Source of the DNA: Bugula neritina
Lineage: Eukaryota > Animalia > Bryozoa
Reading direction: 5' to 3'
NCBI GenBank assembly: GCA_964035545.1
Contig: OZ037769.1
Location: 13,112,633 to 13,176,632, forward strand
Length of the DNA stretch: 64,000 bases
The notes beneath the pieces were generated by a model. That model was not told the DNA's origin and made no database searches. It saw nothing but the letters and a program-made list of their open reading frames with translations. Below, piece after piece: positions 14,778-28,629 of this stretch (positions within the stretch are counted from its first letter, which is position 1; each line of letters begins with the position of its first letter). Position numbers and translations under genes: made by a program.

Positions 14778-15819
14778 CTTGGCTCATTGTGATAAATACA
14801 AAGAATCAACTTCACAACTCTTTATATCAACATTGATCTAACATACTATTCACTGTGAACAGTACCTGACACTAATTTCTGTTCACTGCTGGTCAATTTA
14901 GGAGCCAAAAAACGAGCTGTTTTAGTTGTCAGCTAATGTTCACTCTAACACTAATATTTCTCTCTGTGTTGGTGTGGGTTATTAGCTGATAGAACACAGT
15001 GACTCTTTGCTGAGAATATTTATTAATAAATAAATGAGAAGGTTTATACTCACTATCCTTTATTGTACTCCAATATATATCCAAAAATAGAAAAAGAGTT
15101 AGAGAGGATAACTCCTTACATCACGTGGAAAACTATATGTACTACTATTATTCTAGGTATAAGGTAAATAACTATGCACTAGGTATACAAGTGTCCTTGC
15201 TTGGTAGCTCCGAGTTGTGTCTTCATCTGATGCTGGCAGTCCACTGAATTCACTGGTTTGAGGGCTTCCTTTTATATGTTTGGATGTAACTAGTCTAGAA
15301 AGTTCCATGCGAATTCGAGGGGGTTCGCAGGGTAATAACAAAAGGTTCACAGGAATTCGCTCGAATCGAGCGAACTTCGAGGGGAAATCCCAGTCATCTT
15401 TAGTTATATAAGCAGTCCTATGCGTAGCTATGTACAATAGCTAATCCAGTCATTACTATAATAACACCTAGCTGTTAATGGACTGGTGCTACGCTAATAC
15501 ATTTAGGAAAAACACGCATTCCATAGGAATGAAAGAAATACTAGTAAGAAATACACGAAACAATTATTGAAGTATACGCAATTTTACCACAATATTACTG
15601 TTAAACTTATTATTATCAATTCGAGCTACCTTTTTTGTAGTGATTTTGTTAAACTTCTTGCTTTAGAATTATACTTATAGAATTACGTTTGCCTTCATAT
15701 TTTTAATTACAATTTACATTTTTACTGTGGTGATTTTGGTGACGATTATTAAACAACAAAAACTGTTATAACACAGATCAGTAGAAAACTCTAATAATAC
15801 ATGGGAGGGCAGTTACATT

Positions 15820-16026
15820 ATAATCGCCATCTCCATGAGAAAACCCCTGATGGAAAGGGTTTTTGTTAAGTTGGGCTAAAGACTCATTTAGATGGGCACA
15901 GGAGTAATTATGACTATAGATGCTCTTCCTAACATCACTAATGGCGTCTACTGGGGTTTGAACTTATGACTTCCTGTTTGCATACAGCCAAACACTCTAT
16001 AACCCCTATAGACCACTGCTGCTCCT
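15820..16026 (-). mobile_element. tRNA-derived SINE (same family as 18118-18203 and 48267-48455)
   Basis: Reverse complement aligns to 48267-48455 (ggagcagc.gtggtcta A-box-like head, gttcaa B-box-like, gtgatgttaggaagagcatc body, aaaccctttccatcagggg tail). Confidence 0.75.
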
Positions 16027-16924
16027 TTCACACTCAAAATAATACACTTGCTATATGCATGTGATGACAAAATTAAGAAATATCAGCAGCTGCAGAGTTG
16101 GCTTAAGTGTGCATATCTGCAACTCCACATTTCTGGTGGTCTGTACAAGTATCGGTACAATCAAACAATATATAGGATAAAATACTGTTTATAGGGCTAT
16201 GGTTTTTATTTCCTGTACTACTGCAATTTACAAGTGCATTGGCCCTGTTCCTTTAGCTTGGCAAAAATCATAAAATTGGAAATGCTTTAGTTAACTGCAA
16301 AAGTCTACCGAATAAGGAGGTTGAATCTAAAAATTTTTTGCCACCTCATAGGCTTTTGTTGCAACCTATATACACACTTAGGAGCAGTAGTGAAGAAAGT
16401 GAGATTATAGCGCCCTGAGTTCTTTTATTTTATTATTAAATTTTGGTTTGGAGTGTGGGTTGCAATTCTCACGAGAACATAACTTCTTATGCTACATTTC
16501 TAATCTAGAACACAGGCTTTTCCCAATTTCTCTATAACTGCACCTATATAACCTCAATTTATATCTGTTTTCAGTTTTAGACTAATTACTAAAAATTGTT
16601 TATTTTCTTTAAAAATCTTTTATAACTATACATTAGAAAGTTTAGGATTTACTTAATTGATGAGTATTGAATAAAAAATGCTTAAGAGAAGTAAATTTTT
16701 AAGTAATGTATGAAAAGTAAAGAATATATTGTTTAAAAACTTTATTTTCCATGTTGACTAATGATGTACAGAATAATAGGCTATAGTTGTTTACTGCAGC
16801 TATAGTATATGTCCTAAAATGTCAAATAATGGCACATAACAGCTAATATAGCTATAGTAGGAGAACACTTTGTATTAATATAATGTTTTGTAATTTGATT
16901 GTTACAGGAAAACATTTACATGCA

Positions 16925-18818
16925 ATGATGAATGGTGAGACACAAAAAAGCAAGGATGAACAAGCAGTAGAACTTTATATAAACACAATGTTGTTTTTAT
17001 TAGGAGTTTTTATATTATTCGTATTCAGTTTGGTTTTGACCTTAATTGTGAAGTATTTAATATCAAGTTGGATTGTTTTTTTAGTAGTTGTCATTTTAGC
17101 AGCCATTTATACGTTGATATATGCTGTAGAGAAATATCGACGTTTACAGCAAAAGAAAACCATTATGGCACGGTGAGACAAATTTCTTTTTGGTGTTACT
17201 TGAAGTTTATGGAAAAAATGTCTAATTTTGAGAACTTCCAATGATTTGATAACTTACCCCCTGTTCACACATTGCCGAACCGTACGCCGTAACAGAACAA
17301 ACAAAATGGCGCCACTGTTACATTTTGTCAACGGGCGTTCACACATTGCCGTAAAAGTACAACGCATGGCGGTGAGCTGTGACCAATCATAATAAAGCTA
17401 ACTCTTGTCTGCGGTGACTTGTACACCTTTGGATATTCTTTTCAAAAGATGTTATATAAATGCTATTTACTGAATAAAAGCAATTACATAAAAAAATCTC
17501 TCTTTTAAATATATTCGTTTTTTAAAATAATTGTGAAAACTAATTTAAATAATGAATATTTAAGCCGTTCAAATCATTTTTAAGTTTTTGGTTTGCGTGC
17601 TTTTATAATTAGGGAAAGTTAGTTTTTTAAGCTGAGTTTAATTCAAACAAGCCGGATAATGTTCTTTAATCCTTTAAAACGTTTGAATTAGTTAAATTAA
17701 ACCAAAAATAAGTGATTAAAATAAACTAGCGAAAATGTTCTTTAAATTTTAGTACCAGATCAACTCTACCCAATGGGAGCCCGCCGTGATTTTTTGAATC
17801 AAGCACTGCTTGATCAACGCCGCAGCGTATACCGTGGTACGATTCAGCCCGGATGTTAACAAAGATGGCGGATATTTGCTGTTACGGCGTACGGTGCGGC
17901 AATGTGTGAACAGGGGGATAACCATGATATCTGTCTATGTATTAGCTAGTAAAGCAAGGTCTAATAAACTTTATACTTCATCTCTTACTAAACTACTCAC
18001 TAATGCAAGTTTGAAGTCATTATTCCTGTGAGATTACCCTCTTGAAAGAACGATTTTTTTTAAATTGCATGGGCTTAGTACTTTTTCATATGTGGCACTG
18101 AATGCTCTAAATTTTAGTATCACCATTGGCTTTTACTGAAGTTCGAACCCATGACTTACTAAGCCATCCATCCATTCTATAGTCACTAGACCACAGCTGC
18201 TCCCTCTTTCACTAAATTACAATTGGCCCTAACTAAAAAACCTAAATTCCTCCTTATTACACTTTCAGCTTCAATCAAACCTATATAACTTAGAATTGTA
18301 GGTTAATTCATGTAATAATCTTAATTTATTTATTTATAGTGCCGTCATTGCATGTAATGCTTCATGTATACAACAGCAAATGCACATTTCAACTGTTCAA
18401 TGTCTATATACCATCTGACGAATGCACTGTTTTTCATAAACTTTTCCATTATATAAAAATTGAGAGAAATTTGGACTCAACTGCACTGCAGAAAGTTGAA
18501 AATTGGTAAAATGTTGCCATATGGAAATGCCAACTTACTAGAAGGGAGTCAGATTAATTTAGTTATATTTTATTTTGCTTGCTATCTATTTTTAGAAATC
18601 CTAGAAATTGGCAAGCTGAAATGAAGGGTCTAAACTCCAAATATCTGTTAGCGATGGCAGTTTTAGCTGGTGTTCTAGCTTGCCTTCTGTTTCACGCAAT
18701 CGCAGAGTCTGGTTTTATGAATCGTATGACTATGCTCATGATCATTATTGGCTTGATGATAGGAGCAAGTTTATTGTATGCTTTGGTTTGCTTAAACCAA
18801 CTATTGCATTTGGTATAG
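16925..18818 (+). CDS. Unrecognised ~156-aa four-transmembrane protein; coding exons 16925-17172 and 18596-18818
   Basis: Acceptor gttacag|16908; donor CG|gtgaga at 17172 joins in frame (phase 2) to tttag|A at 18596, giving ...TIMAR-NPRNWQAEMKG...; each exon encodes two hydrophobic helices; AATAAA at ~18836. Confidence 0.65.
17257..17917. mobile_element. MITE (PIF/Harbinger-like termini) in the intron of the 4-TM gene
   Basis: ~38-bp TIRs ccccctgttcacacattgccgaaccgtacgccgtaacag / ctgttacggcgtacggtgcggcaatgtgtgaacaggggg; TA/TWA-type flanks; internal copy of gttcacacattgccg at 17337. Confidence 0.85.
18118..18203 (-). mobile_element. Truncated tRNA-derived SINE head
   Basis: Reverse complement gggagcagctgtggtctag...gggttcgaac...caatggtgat matches the head of the 48267 copy. 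Confidence 0.6.
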
Positions 18819-19218
18819 TGATAGCATGTCTGATTAATAAAAACTCATTGTAACAACCTTGAGAGCATTTTACTGTTTTACTGCCCATCAAGTGGTTTTA
18901 GTGTTGCAGATAATACAGAGCAATGGATTGTAATTTTATGTAATGCTGATTTGTCATGAGTTTTTAATTGATTTAAGTTACATATGATTTATAGCACACC
19001 TAATTTGCTTACAAACAAACCTTTTTTCACAATACAAATAACTTATTGCTTGTATCATTTCGAATGGTTTTAATAGATGAACTTTATTATCAAAGTTATA
19101 TTTATGATCATTATGATGGTTTTCATTAAAAATTTCAATGAAAGCTTTCAGCTAGTTAAAGTTATATAGCTGTTGGGGATATAGTAATTAGGGTAATTAT
19201 ATTTTGTTATACTATGTG

Positions 19219-19584
19219 CAGGGCTGTCCAACAGGTGGCCCCAGGGCTAGATGTGGCTCCCAGCCTACATATATGTGGCCCTCGAATTGACATAACACGT
19301 AAAAATATGTTTTGCACGTTATATAAATTATATAGGGTGAATGATATAAGGGTGAAAAACTATGCATGACCTTTGAAATGTCTTATTCATACATATGCTA
19401 CAAGGCGCACAGCCTGCATTAACTATTGGGACTTTATTTTGTAATTATTCATAAGTATTTGGAATAAATTAAGCAGATTTGAAAAAGACAAATGCTGTGC
19501 ATGGATCGAAGCCCCAGCTAAAGTTTACAATATGGCCCTCACCATGTCAAAAGGTTCCCTTCCATGGTGGGTTGGACACCCTTG
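19219..19584. mobile_element. hAT-type MITE
   Basis: TIRs cagggctgtccaac / gttggacacccttg with subterminal gtggccc repeats; 8-bp TSD degenerate (actatgtg / tgctatag). Confidence 0.65.
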
Positions 19585-20070
19585 TGCTATAGTGAGCAAC
19601 TTATATTCACTATATACAATAGAACATAAATGTGAAATGTCATTTTTAGTAATATATTGTATATATGCTGTTTTATTTTTTAATCATAAATCAGAAAATA
19701 TTTTTTCTTCTACTATTTTACAAAGTATTTTTTCTGTTTGCTTGATTTTAATAAATTTTCTATCAAAGAAATGTTTAAAGTTGGCAATAAGCTGTTTGTT
19801 CTGTACTATACTTTACACTAGCCTGCTAAGCTTTATAAATAAAATTCATAGATATAAAAGATAAGACATGCAAAACCAAAGCAATTGGTCAGTGGCTTAG
19901 CTCATACACTCAAATAGCTCCCATAATAGTAGCTTTAATGGGTTAATTTTCTGGTGTTTAGTAAAATGCGGTTGTATGAAATAATTATAGTATTGATATT
20001 ATCACATGCTATATGGCCATAATATCTTGAGTTCACAACTTTAGCTTTTATCTTCTCTACGCTATAATCT

Positions 20071-21058
<988 letters not shown>

Positions 21059-24031
21059 GAATCTTAGTAACGCATACGCCATACCAGGCATACCTATTGG
21101 AAAGACCAGCGCTATATTCTAAAGTGCATATGATGAAAGTATTGTTGGGCTTACACTTGTTTTGGTTCTCAATACATTTAGGCAAAAATTGAAACATTAA
21201 AGCAACTGATCTCCCCACACACAATTTCACTTGATAGCCATTCTATAACTGCTTCTGCTGTCCATCATGCATGTAAAAACATGCAACTTTATTGATTACA
21301 CTAGAAAAGTTAGTATTCAATTGATAATTCTAATATACCTCACTTCCAGTACACCAGCCATTTCAGGATGTGCCCCCCCCCCCTTCATCCACAGAGAACA
21401 GAGTTCTGTAGCACATATTATACAGTGGGAGACATGTTTCTATACTAAAGCATATTTAGAAGGTGCACAAAGTCAAGCAAGAGCGCTACTAAAGCCTGCA
21501 CCCTCAAGTAATTCCAGGAGTTACAAGTTTTGCATCATGACAAGAGACCACCAACAGAGAGGCGCCATTTCTGAGAGCATTCTACTCAATCTGTGTGCAG
21601 CAGCTGTTTTTTTCGCAATGACTAATAACACAAACTGTTTGCTGAGATACTGTACAACGTACGTCTTATAAATTCTTTTGATAATGTGCTACTACACTTC
21701 TTCAGTACCATCAAGAAAACTCATTAGCTAGCAGCTTCAATTTCAGACAACTTCCATAAAGAATTCAACTTTTGTGAACTAATAAACTCTTTTATTTAGC
21801 TATAACAAGAAAAAGTGAGAGAGAGTCTTTGCTTAAAACTACATAAATTGAATAAAAATATAAAGCAGCAGTTAGAACTGCAGCAATAAAAACAATAAGG
21901 ACATTACCATTATATAACATTCCAATATTAATTTACCAGACATAATTAAGTAACATTCAAATAATATTTTTGCAGAAATCAGCATGCAAAGCAAATGAAC
22001 TCTCCCGAGCAGTTTCCAGAATGCATTGCATGGAGGTTTCCTGATGGCATTCTTCTTTCTGCACTCAAAACCTATGGCCAGGCTTGATATGAACGGACGT
22101 ATAGGCTTACACACGCCTCACTAGCTACTCTTTATAAAAGTTAGAAGCAAATCGTTTAGGTGCCAGTACCACCAGCACACCATACTTCTGTTATTTTGGG
22201 TGCTGATCTGAACGGACCATAGAAGAGGTGGCAATCGGATGATTTTGTGATATCAACATGCCACGGATGAGGCACAACTGACCATTAAAACCTAAATACA
22301 CAGTAGAATATTACAAAAATACTTACCAACAACAAATAACAAAATTTTCTACTTCTCCTGTATTCAAATTACTTAGATATCATGAATTTAAATTATTTAA
22401 CTAAATATTTACAATCTTTTTTCCTTTTAGCTTATTTTACCGCTGGCACAGTTGATGGTGGGACAGTAGTTAGTGATGAATGTCCGACAGCTCTCTGCTC
22501 TATCAACAATTATAATCATTATTTTTGCACATTGCAACTTGGATATCATTTAGTATTATTACCTTTAGACTTGAGGTGAGAAGAGCACACAAGAGCTTGA
22601 GTATCTGGCTGACAACACCATCTGATCTGTTCATAAAAGTACCATTGCCTCGGAGGGTCACGACCTTTAGGACGAAACCATAACTGATAACAGATGAAGA
22701 GCAGAAAATTATTAAGGAGAACTTCAGATAGCTGAAGTAAAGTCTGGCATTGAGCCACTACAGTCTACACTATCTGGTGTGAGCAACATCTGGTGGTAGG
22801 AGATGGTGGAAAACTGAGGGAGAAACTGAGAAACATGCATGACGATTCCCCGAGTATCCCTCGTTTCCTACTATTAGAGCAGTGATGTTTACTGTAGAGC
22901 TGTTGACAACCTGCAACAACCACGCAGTTATAGAATAGCAAATAAAAACAGAATAGTGAAGAAAATTTACAAACCTGAGATAACTCTGGGAAAAGAAATG
23001 AAAGTTCTTGCAAATGTCATTTGACAGTGCCCTAGTGCTGCTCCTGTGCAAACTTGTCAGCTATCATACAGTCAATGTTCTGAGCATACCTCTTCACTCT
23101 TCATAAAAGGTCATGTACTAGGCAGTTGCTTTTATTATGCCTACTAACAAGAATAATTCACTACAAATGAAAAATTTATGAAGGAAATAGTTTAGGAACG
23201 CACAAACCATGCAGCATAAGAGGTTTACTGTGCTCAACAGTAAGACGCTATAAGTAATCATGTACTCACTTGTTTGATTACCAAACCCAACAGAGAGTAG
23301 TAGCTGGTTCGCTTAGAATGACAAACTGTTGGGAGTAGTCAAGTCAACACCCGGCTCAGTGCTGCGATAGAATGTTTGGTATGTGCCATGGTAGGAGACA
23401 TTATGTTGTAGAATGTAGGTCTTGACAACAGGGTCACATCCAGGAAGTTTAATGTTATGCGCTTCAGCAAAGTTGAAAAGAAAAACAAAATGATATTTTA
23501 GTTTATTGGAAGTTAATAAATTAGGTATTCATATATTGAAAGGCCATTCTGGTATCAGATATTTGATGATTTATACTATACATCTTCAGACAAATTGCCT
23601 ACACGCTGACTTCGAATATATAGAATGTGTGACTAGAAACTTTTTTACAACTGGTTTGTTAACAAAAACAATAGAACCACAACTCATTAATGCTTGTAAC
23701 TAGTAGTCAACACCAGATCTAATTCCGTTACAGTCAATTGATAGCAATAAATTATGTGGCAAGCAAATCACTTAAGCAAGATATTGTCTCAGATAATAAC
23801 TCTGAAATACATCTTTTCGAAATACTTTACATAATGACTAAATTTGACAAAATGTGGCCAAAAGTCTTATGAAAGACTAATCAGCTTAAATGAATCATTA
23901 TTGTGGTAAATATTAGAGCTACCCTCCCTTGTATACACCACCCTAAAAACGCCAATCTAACAGTTATACTTAGCATTGCCCTTTCCCCTTTTTTAATTAT
24001 ATACTTGGTTGATACTGATTTTGTTTACTCA

Positions 24032-24324
24032 TGTGAACCGACAGTTGGACCGAGTTCGGCTCGTGGATGCAGGCAGACCGAATGTTGGGTACTGACATGA
24101 CCAGTGTCGGTTACTGACAAGACGAATGTCGGCATATCCGGCCGAACTTCGGCCCGCTGTCGGTCGAAGGTTTTGGAAGCCTTTTGTTCTGTTAGTGTAA
24201 AAGGAAGTGCATTTTCGAGCTTCAGTCACTTGAAGACTGGAGCTCGGACTGGAAGCATCAATACTACAATAAAGCATAGAGTACACACACGATTTCAACA
24301 CCCTCTCTTGTCTCTTCTATAACA
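24032..24324 (+). mobile_element. Probable solo LTR
   Basis: GC/CpG-rich island starting TGT and ending ACA, AATAAA at 24268; no TSD could be confirmed. Confidence 0.5.
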
Positions 24325-24885
24325 AGGAGTTATGTTCTCTGCCTGATTTCATTCAATAACCCACAAACTACTACAATATAGTGTATGACTTGAATGTTGA
24401 TCATTATAGGGAAACGCCACATTTCTGTTAACTCATGAGGCGTTAATAGACAAAGCAGACAACATCATAAGGAGAATTGCAAACAACACTGATAACTTGA
24501 TTTTTGCAAAAATATCATATATATTCAACACCATGGAGTGGGTGGAAAATGCACCTCCTTGCCGAGCAGATAAAACTGCAAGCTAAATTAAGAGGCAAGA
24601 AAATTAAAACTGAAGTTGTTAGCAGTGGGCAGTGCGGATGGAGGAGTCCGAGGAACCCCCCTATACTGAGGAGACTGGGTGTGGATGGTCAGCTACTGTA
24701 GGCGTCGCAGAGAGTCGGCTAAATTACTAAATTTACAAGCTTTTGTTTTACTTTTTAGATATTTAGAAGCTGACACTGTGAACAATATACAGTCTTTGCA
24801 CTGGAACATCAGGTTTGACTTTGCTCTGTGTCACTAATAATTTTAAAATTGCTTTCATCAATTAATTTTGCTTTCATTCTTCACC

Positions 24886-27498
24886 ATGTCTGCTAACCTG
24901 CTTAGCTCTTACACCTCTGATCTTGCTGCCTTGGCTGATTTGAGCTCTTCAAAAAATAGCCATGTTGTTTCTTTGGCTCGTGAACTTCCAAGAGGTAGCT
25001 CAACAAAAGCTGTAGATATTATTAAAAAGTTGTCCAATAAATTTGCTAGTAAGTTAACTGTTATTAAGCTTAATACAATTTTAAAAGATTATCAAGACTT
25101 GAATAAAAAATGTTCCACGTTCTTATGGACGTCAAGCAGTAATCGAATTTCTTAAATTGAATGTGGAGTATGCTAAATCAGGGCAGCACTCTTCCACCCT
25201 CCATTCACAAATATCATCATCCATGTTCGGTCCAAGGTTATGCGCAAACACAGCATGCTGTGTCTAAGTAGTTTAGTTAGAAAAATGTGAACCTTCTGGC
25301 TACCATACATGTCTTGAAAGAAAAGCTGGCAAATGCTCGCAAAAATATTAAAAATTTTAGGGGTAGGTGTTCTAGGCGCAGCAATAGTTTGAATAGGTCC
25401 CAAAAGCTTGTGAAGAAACTAAAAGCAGAGATAGCTAGTTTAAAAAAGCATGTAGTTGATTTGCAGCAAGCTCATTCTTCAACAGTAGCTCAAATTGAAA
25501 ATCTAAAAAAAAATGGGGACCTCAAAGCTCGGCTTGAGAAGTTTGAAATTGAGGTTGATGAGAAAAAGAAAAAATTGAATGCTCTTGGTCAATCTGTAGG
25601 AGTGAATGCCAGCACTATTGAAACTAAAGTTAGAGGAAGGTATTCTGAAAATGTTAGGAAGGCTGTGTATCATTGTGCACGCTGCCAGGTGCCACAGAAC
25701 CACATCTCGAGTGTCATCCGTAAAATATCTGAGCTTCTATTCAATAAGTCTATTTCACCTCTTCCTTCATATGGCACTGTCAACAACATGGTGTCAGAAA
25801 TGCGGTTTTTATCTAAAATCCATGCTATAGATTTTATACTTGAATCGTCATTTGTGAATATTGCTTGGGATGCTACTACATTCAAAACTAAGCACTTGAA
25901 TGAACTGCATGTTAATACAAGTTCTGGTAGCTATTTTTTTAGATGTAAAGACTTTGCCTGGTGGCAAAACCGAAGACTATTCCCAGCACATAATTTCTAC
26001 GATGGAGTGCGCTGTTGACTGCTATTGTAGGTTCAAATCGATTGCAAATAAGGGTGGTGTCTTGAGCATAGTAAAATTGAAAGTAACTTCCACGCTTAGT
26101 GATAGAGCTGCAGTTAACAATTGTGTGCATAGAGTTGGCAAATTAAATTTGAACTGCAATGTGCATCCCTTAGATAGCTTGTCATTGGAATTCAGAAAAG
26201 TTGTTGCACTAGCAGAAAAGCAGAATGGTATAGTTTTTAGATTGTATGGCTCAGAGTCTGTAATGCTAAAACTCGTTCTAAACACCCCTAAGTTGCGGCA
26301 CAAAGTAGCTCTGGGCGAATTTATCTGGTTTCGAACATTTTTGGAGAAAAAAGGAATGGATAAGCTGGTAATGCGTTATGTTGGTGACAGGTTTCACATC
26401 CTGTTTGCTCTCTGCGCTAACATCCATTTCCTTCTCGGCCATCTGCAACATTATTTCTCTATTGTATGCAAGAAGGATTTCCGTAGATACCCTGGCTGCA
26501 TTGAAACTAGATAAAGTTCAATCAGAGCTACTAGTCGGTGGACTGTTTAGTAAATGTTTGACAGGGCTTTGGATGACTTGCTTGCACAGGCGTAAAAGCT
26601 TATCGAACATTGAAAGTGGCCAAGTGTTGAATGGTGCTTATGCAAAATTGGGTGATTTTGTTCGTGACCCCAAGATGCTGTGGGCCGAAACTTTCAATTG
26701 TTTTGATATTGCTAATGGTGAAGACCCTGTTGCCAAACATATAAGATCAGTTCACCTAAACGAGTTTGCGCTTTAGCTTACAGTTCGAACAGCTCAATCA
26801 TTTCGGTTGGTGATGCATAGGCAGCTCAAGAGATATTTTGAAGGAGGGGAGTTGTATGAATTGCCTGCTGAGCAGCTAGTTTTGGCCAGCAATGCACCTG
26901 CTGACAATATGATCTCAGAATGCTTTCTTGGTTTGGCTGATAATTTTTATAGGAGGTCGGCCAATGCCTCCGATGCTCATATATCTGCTAAAATAGGATT
27001 TTCAAATATGACATCTGATTGGGTAATAACTTAGATAATGATTCCTTGTATGCTGCAATTGGCCCTGCTAGAGCTCTACTTGATGAATCTAAATTGAATG
27101 CTGTAAAAGTAAAAGATGAAATTTCTGAGAGGCTTAAAACTAGGGTGCAGGAACGTGCTAACAGCAAAAGGCTTTAAACATCAAGTCTTTAATGCGGGAC
27201 CCTTCCTCATTCGCTGAAAAAGTTGCTAGTGCATGCTTAGATATACCACCAGAAAGAGTTGATACAATCTTAGAAATTATCAAGTCTCCAGGTAATCTTG
27301 TTGGAACAGAGTTTGTTTGGATATGGAACAATGATGGTAGTGATACTTGTTATCATTACCGAGTTGTTGGCAGCGCGAGTGCCAGCTCTGGTGTGTCTAA
27401 GTTTTTAGCTGTTGACTGTTGATAGAGCAGAAGATCATGAGTTCTGTTTGCATGATTTCGTGACAGATTTTCTTGTAGGGGATGCGTTTTTTGAGTAG
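24886..27498 (+). pseudogene. Frameshifted DDE transposase of the CxxH-bearing (hAT/MULE/P/Kolobok/Dada-related) group, with N-terminal coiled coil
   Basis: Consecutive + ORF pieces (24886-25155, 25287-26018, 25900-26514, 26378-26776, 26807-27034, 27192-27498) give AWDATT (D1), LSDRAAVN (D2), CNVHPL (CxxH) and PADNMISE (candidate E); several frameshifts and stops. Superfamily not assigned; no TIR/TSD found. Confidence 0.75.
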
Positions 27499-27789
27499 CT
27501 TTTGCATTTTTTGAGTTGCTTTAGTATATTAGGTGTTTGTTGTTTTTGTTTTGGTCTATTAGGTGTAGTTAGCATCCTGTTCTTGCTTTCCCTTTCATGT
27601 TTGTAGGTCTCTCAATCACACCTATCACTAATCATAGTTAAAATTTATTGGATCATTCTCATCTTCGCATGTCTACTTTCATTTTTCACTTGTCTCTCAT
27701 ATCTATGAACTACTTTTAATATGTTTTAGAGCACAAATTAGAGAGCCGCCATGATGTGCTATTCACCACTCCTCGCCACCTTCTCCGGT

Positions 27790-27862
27790 CTACCACAATG
27801 GCCCTTTTCAGGGCCACTACCACAACGGCCCTTTTCAGAGCCACTACCATAAACAAAGAGTT
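27790..27862 (+). other. Orphan tandem pair of histone 3' stem-loops plus AAAGAGTT downstream element, with no histone ORF upstream
   Basis: 27-bp tandem unit: ctaccacaatGGCCCTTTTCAGGGCCa / ctaccacaacGGCCCTTTTCAGAGCCa, then ctaccataaacAAAGAGTT. The first stem is identical to those of H2B, H3 and H4 in this window. Confidence 0.9.
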
Positions 27863-28629
27863 CTTCTGGGAAGATTTTAGAAAATCATTCTTTTAACAAT
27901 ATAAAAATAAATAAATTATAACATCAAACTGATTTCTGAGCAATTTATTTAGGCAAGTATATCCGCTGCCTTTCCATAGCTTTAGTGTATTTTAAATTAT
28001 ACTTATAATTTGATCTTTTTATTACAAATATATAAGTACATGCTAAGCATATGTTCATAAATAAGCTAATAAATCATAAAGCTCTTGGTGTAGTACTCTG
28101 CCTTGCGATTTCTGCTACTGTGGAAAGCATGTGCAACTTTCGCGATTAATATCTAGTTTCCGCCCATCATGACTCGCTGTAACTGCAATGTCGGTGAAGG
28201 AGCACCCTCAGATTCTGACAATTGTCCACAGCTTTCTTGGGTGAATATCTTTTAAGGCAGAGCTTTGTGACTTTCAAGAATAGGCTTGTTTCTTCTGAAA
28301 TTTTTCTGGGATTCGTTTGTATCTAAAATCGATACATGAATTGGCATGTTGCAAGTCGTTTGATAACCCTATCAGTTGGAAACTGAAACGTCCCATGACG
28401 GTGAATGTCAGGTAGATTTAGGAGAGTCCCCAGTCCATGACTACCTGCTAGACCAGGAGATTGGACGGGTGGCTCTCCAACTATCACCCGACTTACCACT
28501 CTGTCAGAGGGTTCCTTACAAGGAGATGCCGAATTTTGGCATCGGTAGAATCGGCCAATCACGGCCTCTACTCTTTGTTTCAGAAGCCATGGAGTGTGAA
28601 AAGGTTGCACGTAAATGCAACACTCCTCC

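Noticed and set aside
21960-23470. Coding-like degenerate sequence (TDEEQKIIKENF; minus-strand LNFLDVTL)
   Set aside because: Fragments too short and interrupted to assign family or orientation.
27751-27852. Kozak-context 33-aa ORF across the orphan stem-loops, and a TPRHL match to H2A in another frame
   Set aside because: Too short; no further histone-fold similarity and no nucleotide similarity to the local H2A.
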